The notes under the pieces are model-generated. The model was not told the DNA's origin, did no database searches, and saw only the letters and a program-made list of their open reading frames with translations. From an uncultured bacterium (GTDB lineage Bacteria > Fidelibacterota > Marinisomatia > Marinisomatales > UBA1611): 33,177 nt of DNA. The stretch lies in NCBI GenBank assembly GCA_964586565.1, contig CAZPIF010000001.1, forward strand, positions 1 through 33,177, written 5' to 3'. A program made the position numbers and the translations under genes. Shown piece by piece: positions 1 through 8,472 of this stretch. The first letter of the stretch is position 1. Every line of letters begins with the position of its first letter.

Positions 1-112
1 CTATTCTGTAATCTTATTTATCAGTTAGAACTTTTATCTTTTTTTAAACTAATTTATACATATGAATAATTTGAATTACATAAATAGTAACCAAAATTGA
101 GTGAAGTAAATA

Positions 113-697
113 TTGGAAAAATTACCACTATTCCCGTTAAATCTTGTCTTGCTTCCATTTGAACATCTGCCCTTACATATCTTTGAGCCCAGATACAAGC
201 TAATGATTAAAAATGCGATTGAACATAATAATCCCTTCGGAATAATTCTTAGTGAAGGAGAGGGAGTGTTCTCAAAAGGCGTAAAAGTTTGTGTTAAAGA
301 AGTTTTCAAAAAGTATTCGAACGGGGAATACGATATTCTTGTTGAAGGGGAGGAAGTATTTAAGGTTAAAGGTACTGAAATAGACGGGGACACCGTTATG
401 GGTGATGTTGAATTCCTACCTATACAAACAGGTATGGAGGGTCCTCAATTCCAAAAATTCCAGGAATCATATTTGAAGATACTACTAAAGTTTGGAGTTG
501 ATAAAGATTTTGAACTACACATGAAAAAGAAAATTTCATTTGAGTTTTTACAAGGGTTACAGCTACCACTTGTTCTCAAGAAAGAGATCATAAGCATTAA
601 CGATGAGGTCAATCGATTGGAATTTATCAAAAGTATTTTCAATAATATTTTAGAGGTTAATTCTAAAACTCCTAGTGGTAGTCTGCCGCAAGCCTAA
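113..697 (+). CDS. Stand-alone Lon protease N-terminal (substrate-binding) domain protein
   Basis: The N-terminus LPLFPLNLVLLPFEHLPLHIFEPRYKLM matches the LON N-domain signature (PLFPL..V.FP....L.IFEPRY). At 194 aa it has no AAA+ or protease domain. There is no in-frame ATG; TTG at 113 is the start. Confidence 0.75.
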   Translation: MEKLPLFPLNLVLLPFEHLPLHIFEPRYKLMIKNAIEHNNPFGIILSEGEGVFSKGVKVCVKEVFKKYSNGEYDILVEGEEVFKVKGTEIDGDTVMGDVEFLPIQTGMEGPQFQKFQESYLKILLKFGVDKDFELHMKKKISFEFLQGLQLPLVLKKEIISINDEVNRLEFIKSIFNNILEVNSKTPSGSLPQA

Positions 698-757
698 AGT
701 CTCTTTTTTTAAAAAACTCGTCCCTTCGCACCGTATTATATGTAATATTGATATAAT

Positions 758-901
758 ATGAAGGTTTATTTCATCTGGTTGTTGGGCGTAATTACATGGA
801 ACTTTGGATTTCCTAACGTGCCTCCAATAGCAGATGTTATTGTGGCTATGATTTTAGCATACATGAGCCAGTACCTTAAATATTCTCTTAAAATCAATTA
901 A
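758..901 (+). CDS. Possible small hydrophobic protein (47 aa), below the ORF-track size cut-off
   Basis: Manual translation gives ATG 758 to TAA 899-901: MKVYFIWLLGVITWNFGFPNVPPIADVIVAMILAYMSQYLKYSLKIN. It is hydrophobic, fills the 698-910 gap, and shares the strand of the DUF4212/SSS pair just downstream. No homology recognised. Confidence 0.3.
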   Translation: MKVYFIWLLGVITWNFGFPNVPPIADVIVAMILAYMSQYLKYSLKIN

Positions 902-910
902 CGTTAAGTC

Positions 911-1162
911 ATGAAAAAACAAAGTCAGAATTATTGGAATGAAAATATTTCACTCATCATGAAATGTCTCTCCATTTGGTTTATTTCTTCATATGGTTTT
1001 AGCATTATTTTGGTTGACCATTTGAATGTCATAAAGATTGGTGGATATAAACTCGGCTTTTGGTTTGCACAACAAGGATCCATCTATGTATTTGTAGCTC
1101 TCATCTTTTATTATGCATTTAAAATGGGCGAGATTGATAAGAAATACCAGGCTAATGATTAA
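911..1162 (+). CDS. DUF4212-type small membrane subunit of a sodium:solute symporter
   Basis: 83-aa two-TM protein containing GFWFAQQGSIYVF, placed immediately upstream of an SSS-family permease. This is the classic DUF4212 + VC_2705-type symporter pairing. Confidence 0.8.
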   Translation: MKKQSQNYWNENISLIMKCLSIWFISSYGFSIILVDHLNVIKIGGYKLGFWFAQQGSIYVFVALIFYYAFKMGEIDKKYQAND

Positions 1163-1183
1163 TTTTATTTATTAAGATTTTTT

Positions 1184-2884
1184 ATGGATCTACAAGCACT
1201 TACTTTTTTAATTGTTGGTTTTACCTTTGCAGTCTATGTTGGGATCGCCTTTTGGGCAAGAGCAAATAACACTAACGAGTTTTACGTGGCAGGAGGTGAT
1301 ATACACCCAATTGCTAATGGTATGGCAACTGCTGCTGATTGGATGTCTGCAGCTTCATTCATTTCTATGGCTGGTTTGATTGCATTCTTTGGATATGGCG
1401 GGTCTGTTTTTCTAATGGGTTGGACAGGGGGATATGTGTTATTAGCTTTACTGCTAGCACCATACCTAAGAAAGCATGGGTCATTTACTGTGCCAGGATT
1501 TATTAGTGATCGTTATTATTCAAAGACAGCAAGGGTTGTCGCTGTTGTGTGCCTCATAATTGCATCTTTAACTTATGTTATTGGGCAAATGAAGGGAATT
1601 GGTGTTGCCTTTTCAAGATTTTTAGAAGTGGATTATGACCAGGGACTAATAATTGGAATGGCAATCGTATTTATTTATGCTGTGATGGGAGGTATGAAAG
1701 GAATAACATATACTCAAATAGCTCAATATATAATTATGATCATTGCATATACCATACCTGCAATTTTCATATCATTTATGTTAACGGGAAGTCTAATTCC
1801 TCAGGTTGGGCTTGGAGCGACAATGGAAGATGGAACTTTTCTATTGGACAAGTTAGATCAAATCATAACAGAACTTGGTTTTGAAGAGTATACCACAAAT
1901 AAACGTTTAAGCTTATTAAATATGTTTTTTTATACGTTATCATTAATGATAGGTACGGCAGGCCTGCCACATGTAATAATGAGATTTTTTACTGTTCCTT
2001 CTGTGAAAGCCGCTAGATCATCTGCTGGGTGGGCACTTGTTTTCATAGCAGTTTTATATACCACCGCTCCAGCTGTTGCAGCTATGGCTAGATTGAATCT
2101 TATATCTACTATAGATCAGCCAGAACAACAGCAGAATCTTGCATATGTTGATAGACCTTCCTGGTTTCGTAATTGGGAAAAAACGGGGCTACTAAAATTT
2201 GAAGATAAGAATAATGATGGTCTGATCCAATACACAGCAGGCGATGATAATGAAATGGTCAAAGTCGATAGAGATATAATGGTTTTAGCAAATCCCGAAA
2301 TTGCAAACCTTCCTAATTGGGTAATTGCTTTAGTCGCTGCGGGTGGACTTGCAGCTGCACTTTCCACTGCAGCAGGACTTTTACTCGCGATTTCATCTTC
2401 AATTTCTCGTGACCTATTAAAAGGTGTACTTAAACCTAATATTTCAGAAAAGAAGGAACTCTTAGCAAGCCGTATGGCAATGGCAATATCTATAGCAGTT
2501 GCAGGTTATTTTGGATTTAATCCTCCTGATTTTGCCGCAGGGACAGTAGCGCTAGCTTTTGGATTGGCTGCATCATCTATATTTCCAGCATTGATGATGG
2601 GTATATTCTCAAATAAGATGAATAAAGAAGGGGCAATAGCGGGTATGCTTGCAGGAATAAGTATTACACTATTATATGTTTTTCAGCACAAAGGAATAAT
2701 GTTCATTCAATCAACATCATTCTTAGGTGAAATGGAACAAAACTGGTTTTTTGGTATTGAGCCCAATGCCTTTGGGGCGATTGGGGCATTGGTTAATTTT
2801 TCTGTTGCTTATCTGGTATCAAAAAAATATTCAGATGTCCCATCTGAGGTAAAAGATATGATTCAAAGAATCAGAAGACCGTGA
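1184..2884 (+). CDS. Sodium:solute symporter family permease (cation/acetate ActP-like, VC_2705 subfamily)
   Basis: 566-aa polytopic membrane protein. SSS-family motifs are recognised by eye (FYVAGG, AADWMSAASFISMAGL, GLPHVIMRFFT). It ends in a TGA stop at 2882-2884. Confidence 0.9.
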   Translation: MDLQALTFLIVGFTFAVYVGIAFWARANNTNEFYVAGGDIHPIANGMATAADWMSAASFISMAGLIAFFGYGGSVFLMGWTGGYVLLALLLAPYLRKHGSFTVPGFISDRYYSKTARVVAVVCLIIASLTYVIGQMKGIGVAFSRFLEVDYDQGLIIGMAIVFIYAVMGGMKGITYTQIAQYIIMIIAYTIPAIFISFMLTGSLIPQVGLGATMEDGTFLLDKLDQIITELGFEEYTTNKRLSLLNMFFYTLSLMIGTAGLPHVIMRFFTVPSVKAARSSAGWALVFIAVLYTTAPAVAAMARLNLISTIDQPEQQQNLAYVDRPSWFRNWEKTGLLKFEDKNNDGLIQYTAGDDNEMVKVDRDIMVLANPEIANLPNWVIALVAAGGLAAALSTAAGLLLAISSSISRDLLKGVLKPNISEKKELLASRMAMAISIAVAGYFGFNPPDFAAGTVALAFGLAASSIFPALMMGIFSNKMNKEGAIAGMLAGISITLLYVFQHKGIMFIQSTSFLGEMEQNWFFGIEPNAFGAIGALVNFSVAYLVSKKYSDVPSEVKDMIQRIRRP

Positions 2885-2885
2885 A

Positions 2886-5426
2886 TCAATAATCCATATC
2901 CATTCCACCGCCTCTCATTGCTCCTGAACGGCCAGAAAAACTACCTTTATTCCATTTTTTCTTTTGTTGTTTACCAAAATTATAATTTAATACTATTGAT
3001 GTATTTCGCTTTTGTCTTTGGCGTTCTGCATACATCAATTGGGTATAAGTCTCTTGTGTCACAGCGTTTGTTACTTCATTTGATGTGTTAATTATGAATT
3101 TACCAGTATCAAAAAGATCGTTTACTTTAAAGGTGACAGATAAACGATTTTTTAGAAATGATTTTTGGATTCCAAGGTTAACTCTATAATTACTTGGAAT
3201 AGATCCTGTTGTTATCTTCATTTTCCCTCTACCATTCCCTGATAGTTCAATCCTAGCAATAGTCGGAATATTCAATGTAAGTCGCCCGCCAAAACCCAGA
3301 CCTCTTGAGTTGCCATTGAAATCAGCTTCGCCTTTGTCAGATATTGTAGAGTTCCAACTGTAGCCCCATATCATTACACTTGCAAGAGGCATTGGTCGAT
3401 ACATTATATTGCCACTAAAATTCGTGCTTTTTGAGCTTTCAGCATTCCCAGCAGTAAGTATTTCATATGTGGTGGTATCGAATGTAACATAGTCTCTATC
3501 CCACCACATGATTACATCATTGGTGTTTTTATATGATGATGATAAGTTCAAATTCATTTTTCTTGAGTTACTAGAAAATGATAATTCCATTACATCGCTG
3601 TACTCAGGCCTAAGATAAGGGTTACCATTTCTTAGTCTGCTTATATCTTGAGTGTTGTTAGGGAATGGGCTAAGCGTTCGTCTATTTGGTCTGTTTACTT
3701 TCTTGGAATAACCAAATTGAATGGTCTGTTTTTCAGTTAACTTATAAAGTAAGAATGCACTTGGGTATATTTTAGTATAGGGGTTGTCAAAAGGAGATTG
3801 GGATATTGCTTGGTCAAAGAGTTTTGTGATTATGTTTGTTGAATCATGTGAATTTGGTCCAGTAAGATTTGCCTTTGTTTCAACTTGTTCGAATCTAGCT
3901 CCAAGTTTTAGACCAAATCGATCAGTCATGTCATACTTTGAAACAAGATAAGCAGCGTATATGTCCTCCTTATAAGCATTATCATATTCATCATTTAAGT
4001 AGTTTAATCCTTTACCAAAATCTCTAATCGTCATTTTAACCCCTGTTTCAATACCTAGTTTTTTTCCATATTCATTTTCATAGTCAATAGCCATTGTAAT
4101 GTTGGTATTATCCTCTAATGCTTTAGAATCGGTACTAGATTTATCCACACTATATTGGTCTTCCATCCCACCAGTTTCAAAGACATCATCTATTTCATGC
4201 GCAAAACTTGCATATCCTTTTAATAATTGTTTTTTGGAATCAAATTTATTTTCATATGAGAGGACATGGTCGATATGATAACCATCATCATTTGATTCCA
4301 TTCGCATTTCGCCAATAATATCTGGGTTTAGGGTATTTATTATATAATCGATCTCTGATTGTTCTAATTCCTTGTGCTCCGAGATGTCTAATGTGTATCC
4401 AATTGTTTGGGATGTTGAAGGATAATAATCGCCTCCAATTCTAAAGCCTAAATTATTTGGTGTGCGCGTTCTACTTGTATTCTGGAATAATGAATCAGTC
4501 TTAGTTGAGTAGGTATATTGAAACTGCCTAACTCCATCACCTACTTTATCTCCTGTGCGATAATTCATGCTTGTAAATAGATTTACCTGATCAGTCCTAT
4601 AATTAACATTGCCATTTAGATTTTGTTGGTTGTAGTCTCCCTGCATTGCTGAAATATTTCCATTAAATCCATCTAGGGCTCCGCGTTTCATTACAATGTT
4701 GATAATGCCACCTACACCATCTGGATCGTATTTTGCAGATGGGTTTGTAATTACTTCTATCTTTTCTATCATTGATGCTGCTATGTTTTCAATTTCTCCA
4801 CGTCTCCCACTCCCTGTTCTGCCGCTTCTTTTACCATCAACTAGAATTGTTACATTTGCATCTCCTGCTATTGAAACAACACCATCAATATCTACATCTA
4901 CAGATGGAACCTTCCTAAGGACATCTGCTCCACTTCCGCCAGAGGAAGAAAGGTCTCGACCTACGTTGAATATTTTTTTGTCTATTGTTTGAATGAATGT
5001 ACTCTCATCTCCAACAACATCAATGGCCGCCAAGTTTAAAGTGGAGATACTCATTTTGATTTCACCAATGTTTTGTCTAATAGCTCCTCCTGCTCCAGGG
5101 TAGATATTCAATGGGCCAATTTCTTTTTTTTTATATCCTATGAATTCTATTACAGCTACATATTTCCCCAGTGGAACTTCTGTAATATTAAGCCGCCCAT
5201 TTTTATTGCTTAGACCTCCAGTAACTACTTCATTGTGTTCTAGATCTACTAATGATGCAGATGCATACTCAATTGGCTTCATTGATGTTGAATCTAGTAT
5301 TAATCCCTCAACAATACCTATTGCAGGCATTGCAGGTCTATCTCTATGGTCTTTATGTGCATATAAATATTGGAAATTGATCAATATGATTATAGAAAGT
5401 ATCGACCATTTAAATATATTTTTCAT
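2886..5426 (-). CDS. TonB-dependent-receptor-like outer-membrane beta-barrel protein (CarboxypepD_reg + plug + OMP_b-brl_3-type barrel)
   Basis: Signal peptide, then a CarboxypepD_reg-like segment (GLILDSTSMKPIEYASASL...NGRLNITEVPLGKYVAVIEFIGYKK). Plug-like segment (DVLRKVPSVDVDIDG...ILVDGKR, IEKIEVITNPSAKYD). A long beta-rich barrel follows, with a Gly/Met-rich tail ending in Tyr. Confidence 0.85.
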   Translation of the reverse strand: MKNIFKWSILSIIILINFQYLYAHKDHRDRPAMPAIGIVEGLILDSTSMKPIEYASASLVDLEHNEVVTGGLSNKNGRLNITEVPLGKYVAVIEFIGYKKKEIGPLNIYPGAGGAIRQNIGEIKMSISTLNLAAIDVVGDESTFIQTIDKKIFNVGRDLSSSGGSGADVLRKVPSVDVDIDGVVSIAGDANVTILVDGKRSGRTGSGRRGEIENIAASMIEKIEVITNPSAKYDPDGVGGIINIVMKRGALDGFNGNISAMQGDYNQQNLNGNVNYRTDQVNLFTSMNYRTGDKVGDGVRQFQYTYSTKTDSLFQNTSRTRTPNNLGFRIGGDYYPSTSQTIGYTLDISEHKELEQSEIDYIINTLNPDIIGEMRMESNDDGYHIDHVLSYENKFDSKKQLLKGYASFAHEIDDVFETGGMEDQYSVDKSSTDSKALEDNTNITMAIDYENEYGKKLGIETGVKMTIRDFGKGLNYLNDEYDNAYKEDIYAAYLVSKYDMTDRFGLKLGARFEQVETKANLTGPNSHDSTNIITKLFDQAISQSPFDNPYTKIYPSAFLLYKLTEKQTIQFGYSKKVNRPNRRTLSPFPNNTQDISRLRNGNPYLRPEYSDVMELSFSSNSRKMNLNLSSSYKNTNDVIMWWDRDYVTFDTTTYEILTAGNAESSKSTNFSGNIMYRPMPLASVMIWGYSWNSTISDKGEADFNGNSRGLGFGGRLTLNIPTIARIELSGNGRGKMKITTGSIPSNYRVNLGIQKSFLKNRLSVTFKVNDLFDTGKFIINTSNEVTNAVTQETYTQLMYAERQRQKRNTSIVLNYNFGKQQKKKWNKGSFSGRSGAMRGGGMDMDY

Positions 5427-5449
5427 TTTTACCTCGGTATGAAAATTTT

Positions 5450-5468
5450 TAATAATTGATAATTATTA
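5450..5468. promoter_or_regulatory. 19-nt perfect palindrome TAATAATTGATAATTATTA (Fur-box-like GATAAT content) upstream of the outer-membrane receptor gene
   Basis: Read directly from the sequence. It has 8-bp arms with a 3-nt centre and lies 24 nt upstream of the ATG at 5426. It contains GATAAT/ATTATT hexamers, but the register differs by 1 nt from the classical 19-bp Fur box. Composition is almost all A/T. Confidence 0.25.
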
Positions 5469-5502
5469 GACTGGTTTACTATGGATAAGTTAAAGAAAAA
5501 AA

Positions 5503-6093
5503 CTAGTCAAATATTGATCGAATATTTTCATCTATTTTTTTTCTAGTCATAAAAATATACATTTCTTCAATTTGATTAACATAACCAATCACACATAAAA
5601 CTGGAAAAAGATCAGAAGCTGTTTTTGGGTATAAAATAGCAATAATCATAAAAAAATAAAGAGATGCTGCAAATGTTTTTCCTCCAATCGTATGAAAAGC
5701 AGGAATCTCTCCAAATTTTTTCTTTGCTAGTAATATTTTAATAGAAAACAATGCAAAAAGAATCAATATTAATCCCCACCAACCATCAACTACTTCAGGA
5801 GAAAATCGGTATAGCCAAAGAGCAATAAGAGGATAAAATATAATATCAGCCATAGTATCTAATTTTGCACCTAAATGGCTGGTCTGATTCAAATAGCGTG
5901 CGATCGTTCCATCAAGTTTGTCAGTAACACCTATTATAATAAACATGGTTATAAAAATTGATCTGGCATACTCTTCATTATCTATAAAAAAGCATGGAAT
6001 TATCATTAGTGGTATTAAGATTAACCTACTAATACTTAATATGTTTGGAATAGTTTTTAGTTGTTTTAAGTCTATAATCTTCTTTTCACCCAC
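5503..6093 (-). CDS. CDP-alcohol phosphatidyltransferase family protein
   Basis: Complete family signature DG(x2)AR(x8)G(x3)D(x3)D in DKLDGTIARYLNQTSHLGAKLDTMAD. Multi-TM, 196 aa, GTG start. The substrate (PGP, PS, other) cannot be assigned from sequence. Confidence 0.85.
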   Translation of the reverse strand: MGEKKIIDLKQLKTIPNILSISRLILIPLMIIPCFFIDNEEYARSIFITMFIIIGVTDKLDGTIARYLNQTSHLGAKLDTMADIIFYPLIALWLYRFSPEVVDGWWGLILILFALFSIKILLAKKKFGEIPAFHTIGGKTFAASLYFFMIIAILYPKTASDLFPVLCVIGYVNQIEEMYIFMTRKKIDENIRSIFD

Positions 6094-6136
6094 ATTAGAA
6101 GATAAAAAATATATATATTATAATTGGTAAATTTAT

Positions 6137-7345
6137 TTAAGGCAGTTGGTAAAGAACTTTTGCATGATTTTCAAAAATTAGTTTTATTTCATTTATTTTT
6201 TCAGGATCATCTAAAAAATGTCCAATAAATGCTTTATGGTCATAATGAAATTTACCAATATGATACCATGTCCCAGTCTCCAGTTTATTTGTGTTAGTTA
6301 GTGGCGCTAGTGGTTCTGCTCCATTTTTTCCCGAGTATGGCCTTACCATTGAAATGGTGTTCACAGTACCATCATTTTCATACCATTTACTATCTGTTAT
6401 GTTTCTACCATTCTTTTCAATATTGGTTCTCCCTATTAGCCATGACCATGGATAACTCATGATGCTTATAAATTCAGCAGGATGATGATAACCTGAAGAA
6501 GTATCTAAAAAACTAGCAGAGGTACTTGATGAGAAATAATATACATCAGGATTAATAATTAAAATATTATTTAATTCTTGAGCACCCTGTATACTCGAAT
6601 CCCAGGCTACACTGTTTTTTGTACTCCAAGCGGGGTGTTTTGTTAGTCTTTTAATGTAATCTACTATGGTTTCATTTTCTAGTTTTGAGAGGTTCCAGTG
6701 TTCTAAATCAAAATTATAATATTTGCTACTAATCATATTTGCGATTGGTAATAGATTATCAGTGAATGGTACTGCATCAATAACAATATTAGATAATGTT
6801 GAACCATTATGTGGTGTCGACATCGTTGTGATTGATTTAATCCATCCATTATTAATTGACCCTAAGAGTTGGCTTGATTCTTTTAAACCTGAAGTGTCTT
6901 CAATCATATTATTTAGAAGATGCAATAGCATTCTAGTTGTAATTCCCCCAAAACTATATCCTAATAAGTGCACTGGGTTATTTTCATTCCAATCAGGATA
7001 TAATCCAACATAATTTTTTTCTTTTGGTTTTCTAATGATATCATAATTTTCTGAGTGTCCTTTTCCATAATCTAACTGCCCGCCTTTTAACTGATAAAAT
7101 GTTTCAATTGCACATTCATACGCTGACGAGATAGGACCAAGAGAAACAGAAAATACTTTATATCCTCTATCAATCAGGTGCTGTTCTATATCATTTTTAC
7201 CACCCCAGTAGTTTAATTTCCCAACCTCATCTTTTCCCCATCCTAGAAAACCATGAACTAGTATAATGGGATATTCATTATTAGCAAATAATTGTGTTAG
7301 AAAAAAACAATATAAAATAAAAGATTTTAAGATATTAAAAGACAT
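6137..7345 (-). CDS. Secreted triacylglycerol lipase, family I.5/I.6-like (Geobacillus/Staphylococcus type)
   Basis: Signal peptide. PIILVHGFLGWGKDEVGKLNYWGG...DIEQHL and the nucleophile elbow LLGYSFGG (GxSxG) align by eye with PIVLLHGFTGWGREE..KYWGG..DIEQWL / AHSQGG of thermophilic family I.5 lipases. Confidence 0.85.
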   Translation of the reverse strand: MSFNILKSFILYCFFLTQLFANNEYPIILVHGFLGWGKDEVGKLNYWGGKNDIEQHLIDRGYKVFSVSLGPISSAYECAIETFYQLKGGQLDYGKGHSENYDIIRKPKEKNYVGLYPDWNENNPVHLLGYSFGGITTRMLLHLLNNMIEDTSGLKESSQLLGSINNGWIKSITTMSTPHNGSTLSNIVIDAVPFTDNLLPIANMISSKYYNFDLEHWNLSKLENETIVDYIKRLTKHPAWSTKNSVAWDSSIQGAQELNNILIINPDVYYFSSSTSASFLDTSSGYHHPAEFISIMSYPWSWLIGRTNIEKNGRNITDSKWYENDGTVNTISMVRPYSGKNGAEPLAPLTNTNKLETGTWYHIGKFHYDHKAFIGHFLDDPEKINEIKLIFENHAKVLYQLP

Positions 7346-7361
7346 TTATTAAAAGAAGGAA

Positions 7362-8471
7362 TCAAAGCTTTGGTTTAACAACCAACCTAAAAACAGGATG
7401 AGTGTTTGGTGCTATTAGGCAGTTTAATACTTCAAATTCTAAGTTAATTTTTCTTCTTTTTTTCATAAATATTACATCAATGACAGTATTTCCATGAGGT
7501 GGAATAGATACAAGATTTGTAGAATTATAAAAATCAAAATTACTTTGATTCCTGAGAATATAGTTTGCATCAGAATTATTTGTGATCACTATATTTATAA
7601 TTTTTTCATCAATCTTATATTTTGCTGATTTTACTTTTAAACTACTACTTATTAACGGTAATAAATTTTCATTCTTACCAATTAGGGTTTTGTCATACCA
7701 TATAACAGTCTGTCCATTCTTTAATGCTTTTTTTAATGAAGATTGACTTTTTTCCCTTGCAAAGACCAAAGTGACCGGTCTATGTCTACCAGATTCAATT
7801 TGATACTCCCAATCAATAATTCCATGTATATCAGACGTTCCTAGAAGTGAAAGATCATAGTCAAGCGCAATTTGGAAAGCTTTATTAGAGAAAGTAGTAT
7901 CATTAACGATTTCTATCCCATGGACAAGGTTATTTTTTATCATTTCAATTTTAATTTTATTTAATAATTCACTCTCATTTGAACGATTTTTAATAATAGA
8001 TGGCTGGGCCCAAAATGTAAATGCATCTTGCATTTTTGCCTCAATATAATCTTCAATAGGTTCTTTAGAATTAATTAATTTATTTGCATCTTTTAGAAAT
8101 ATCGCATTTGCTTGACCTGTTATTAGAGAACTATTTAACTCTGAACCATTAATTATCAGGAGGCTTGATTTACCTGCAAAAGTTTTTGCTAATTCATATG
8201 GACGATTTTTATCAAAATCGTCATAATAGTTTGCACGAGATTCGTAGTTTATATTTTCAGTGATTGCAATTGCATCAAGCCCATCGTTAGTAGCTTCCTG
8301 AACGCGAATATCAGGCCAGACACTCCCGTTTGAAAATACAGTATGAGTATGAAAATCACAAATAAGGGTTTTGAATCCAGGAAGGTTGGGAAATTTTATA
8401 TTTCTATTTTTTTTTATATTTTTGGCATTTAGTATAACCAAAAATAGGAAAATAAAAACTTTTTTATTCAC
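7362..8471 (-). CDS. Secreted PHP-domain phosphoesterase/phosphodiesterase
   Basis: N-terminal signal-like segment. PHP H-x-H motif in CDFHTHTVFSNGSVWP, with later GTSDIHG. C-terminal beta-rich extension. GTG start 1 nt after the upstream stop. Confidence 0.7.
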   Translation of the reverse strand: MNKKVFIFLFLVILNAKNIKKNRNIKFPNLPGFKTLICDFHTHTVFSNGSVWPDIRVQEATNDGLDAIAITENINYESRANYYDDFDKNRPYELAKTFAGKSSLLIINGSELNSSLITGQANAIFLKDANKLINSKEPIEDYIEAKMQDAFTFWAQPSIIKNRSNESELLNKIKIEMIKNNLVHGIEIVNDTTFSNKAFQIALDYDLSLLGTSDIHGIIDWEYQIESGRHRPVTLVFAREKSQSSLKKALKNGQTVIWYDKTLIGKNENLLPLISSSLKVKSAKYKIDEKIINIVITNNSDANYILRNQSNFDFYNSTNLVSIPPHGNTVIDVIFMKKRRKINLEFEVLNCLIAPNTHPVFRLVVKPKL

Positions 8472-8472
8472 C

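Noticed and set aside
76-393. Antisense or overlapping ORFs in the track: 76..393, 445..642, 2116..2367, 4696..4992, 5140..5442, 5918..6130, 6723..7013, 9320..9574, 9855..10085, 12911..13144, 14980..15276, 17020..17208, 21225..21524, 22423..22650, 22656..22886, 23319..23516, 25591..25944, 26074..26259, 26970..27215, 28031..28219, 29483..29752, 30028..30222, 32155..32340, 32359..32589
   Set aside because: Each lies entirely within, or largely overlaps, a longer gene with clear family motifs, on the opposite strand or in another frame. Their translations are low-complexity or Ser/Pro/Leu-rich shadow sequences with no recognisable family.
5124-5132. T9/A9 run inside the TonB-type receptor gene (encodes KKK) as a slippage switch
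   Set aside because: A/T homopolymers of this length are frequent throughout this AT-rich window, in both genes and spacers, so there is nothing locus-specific.
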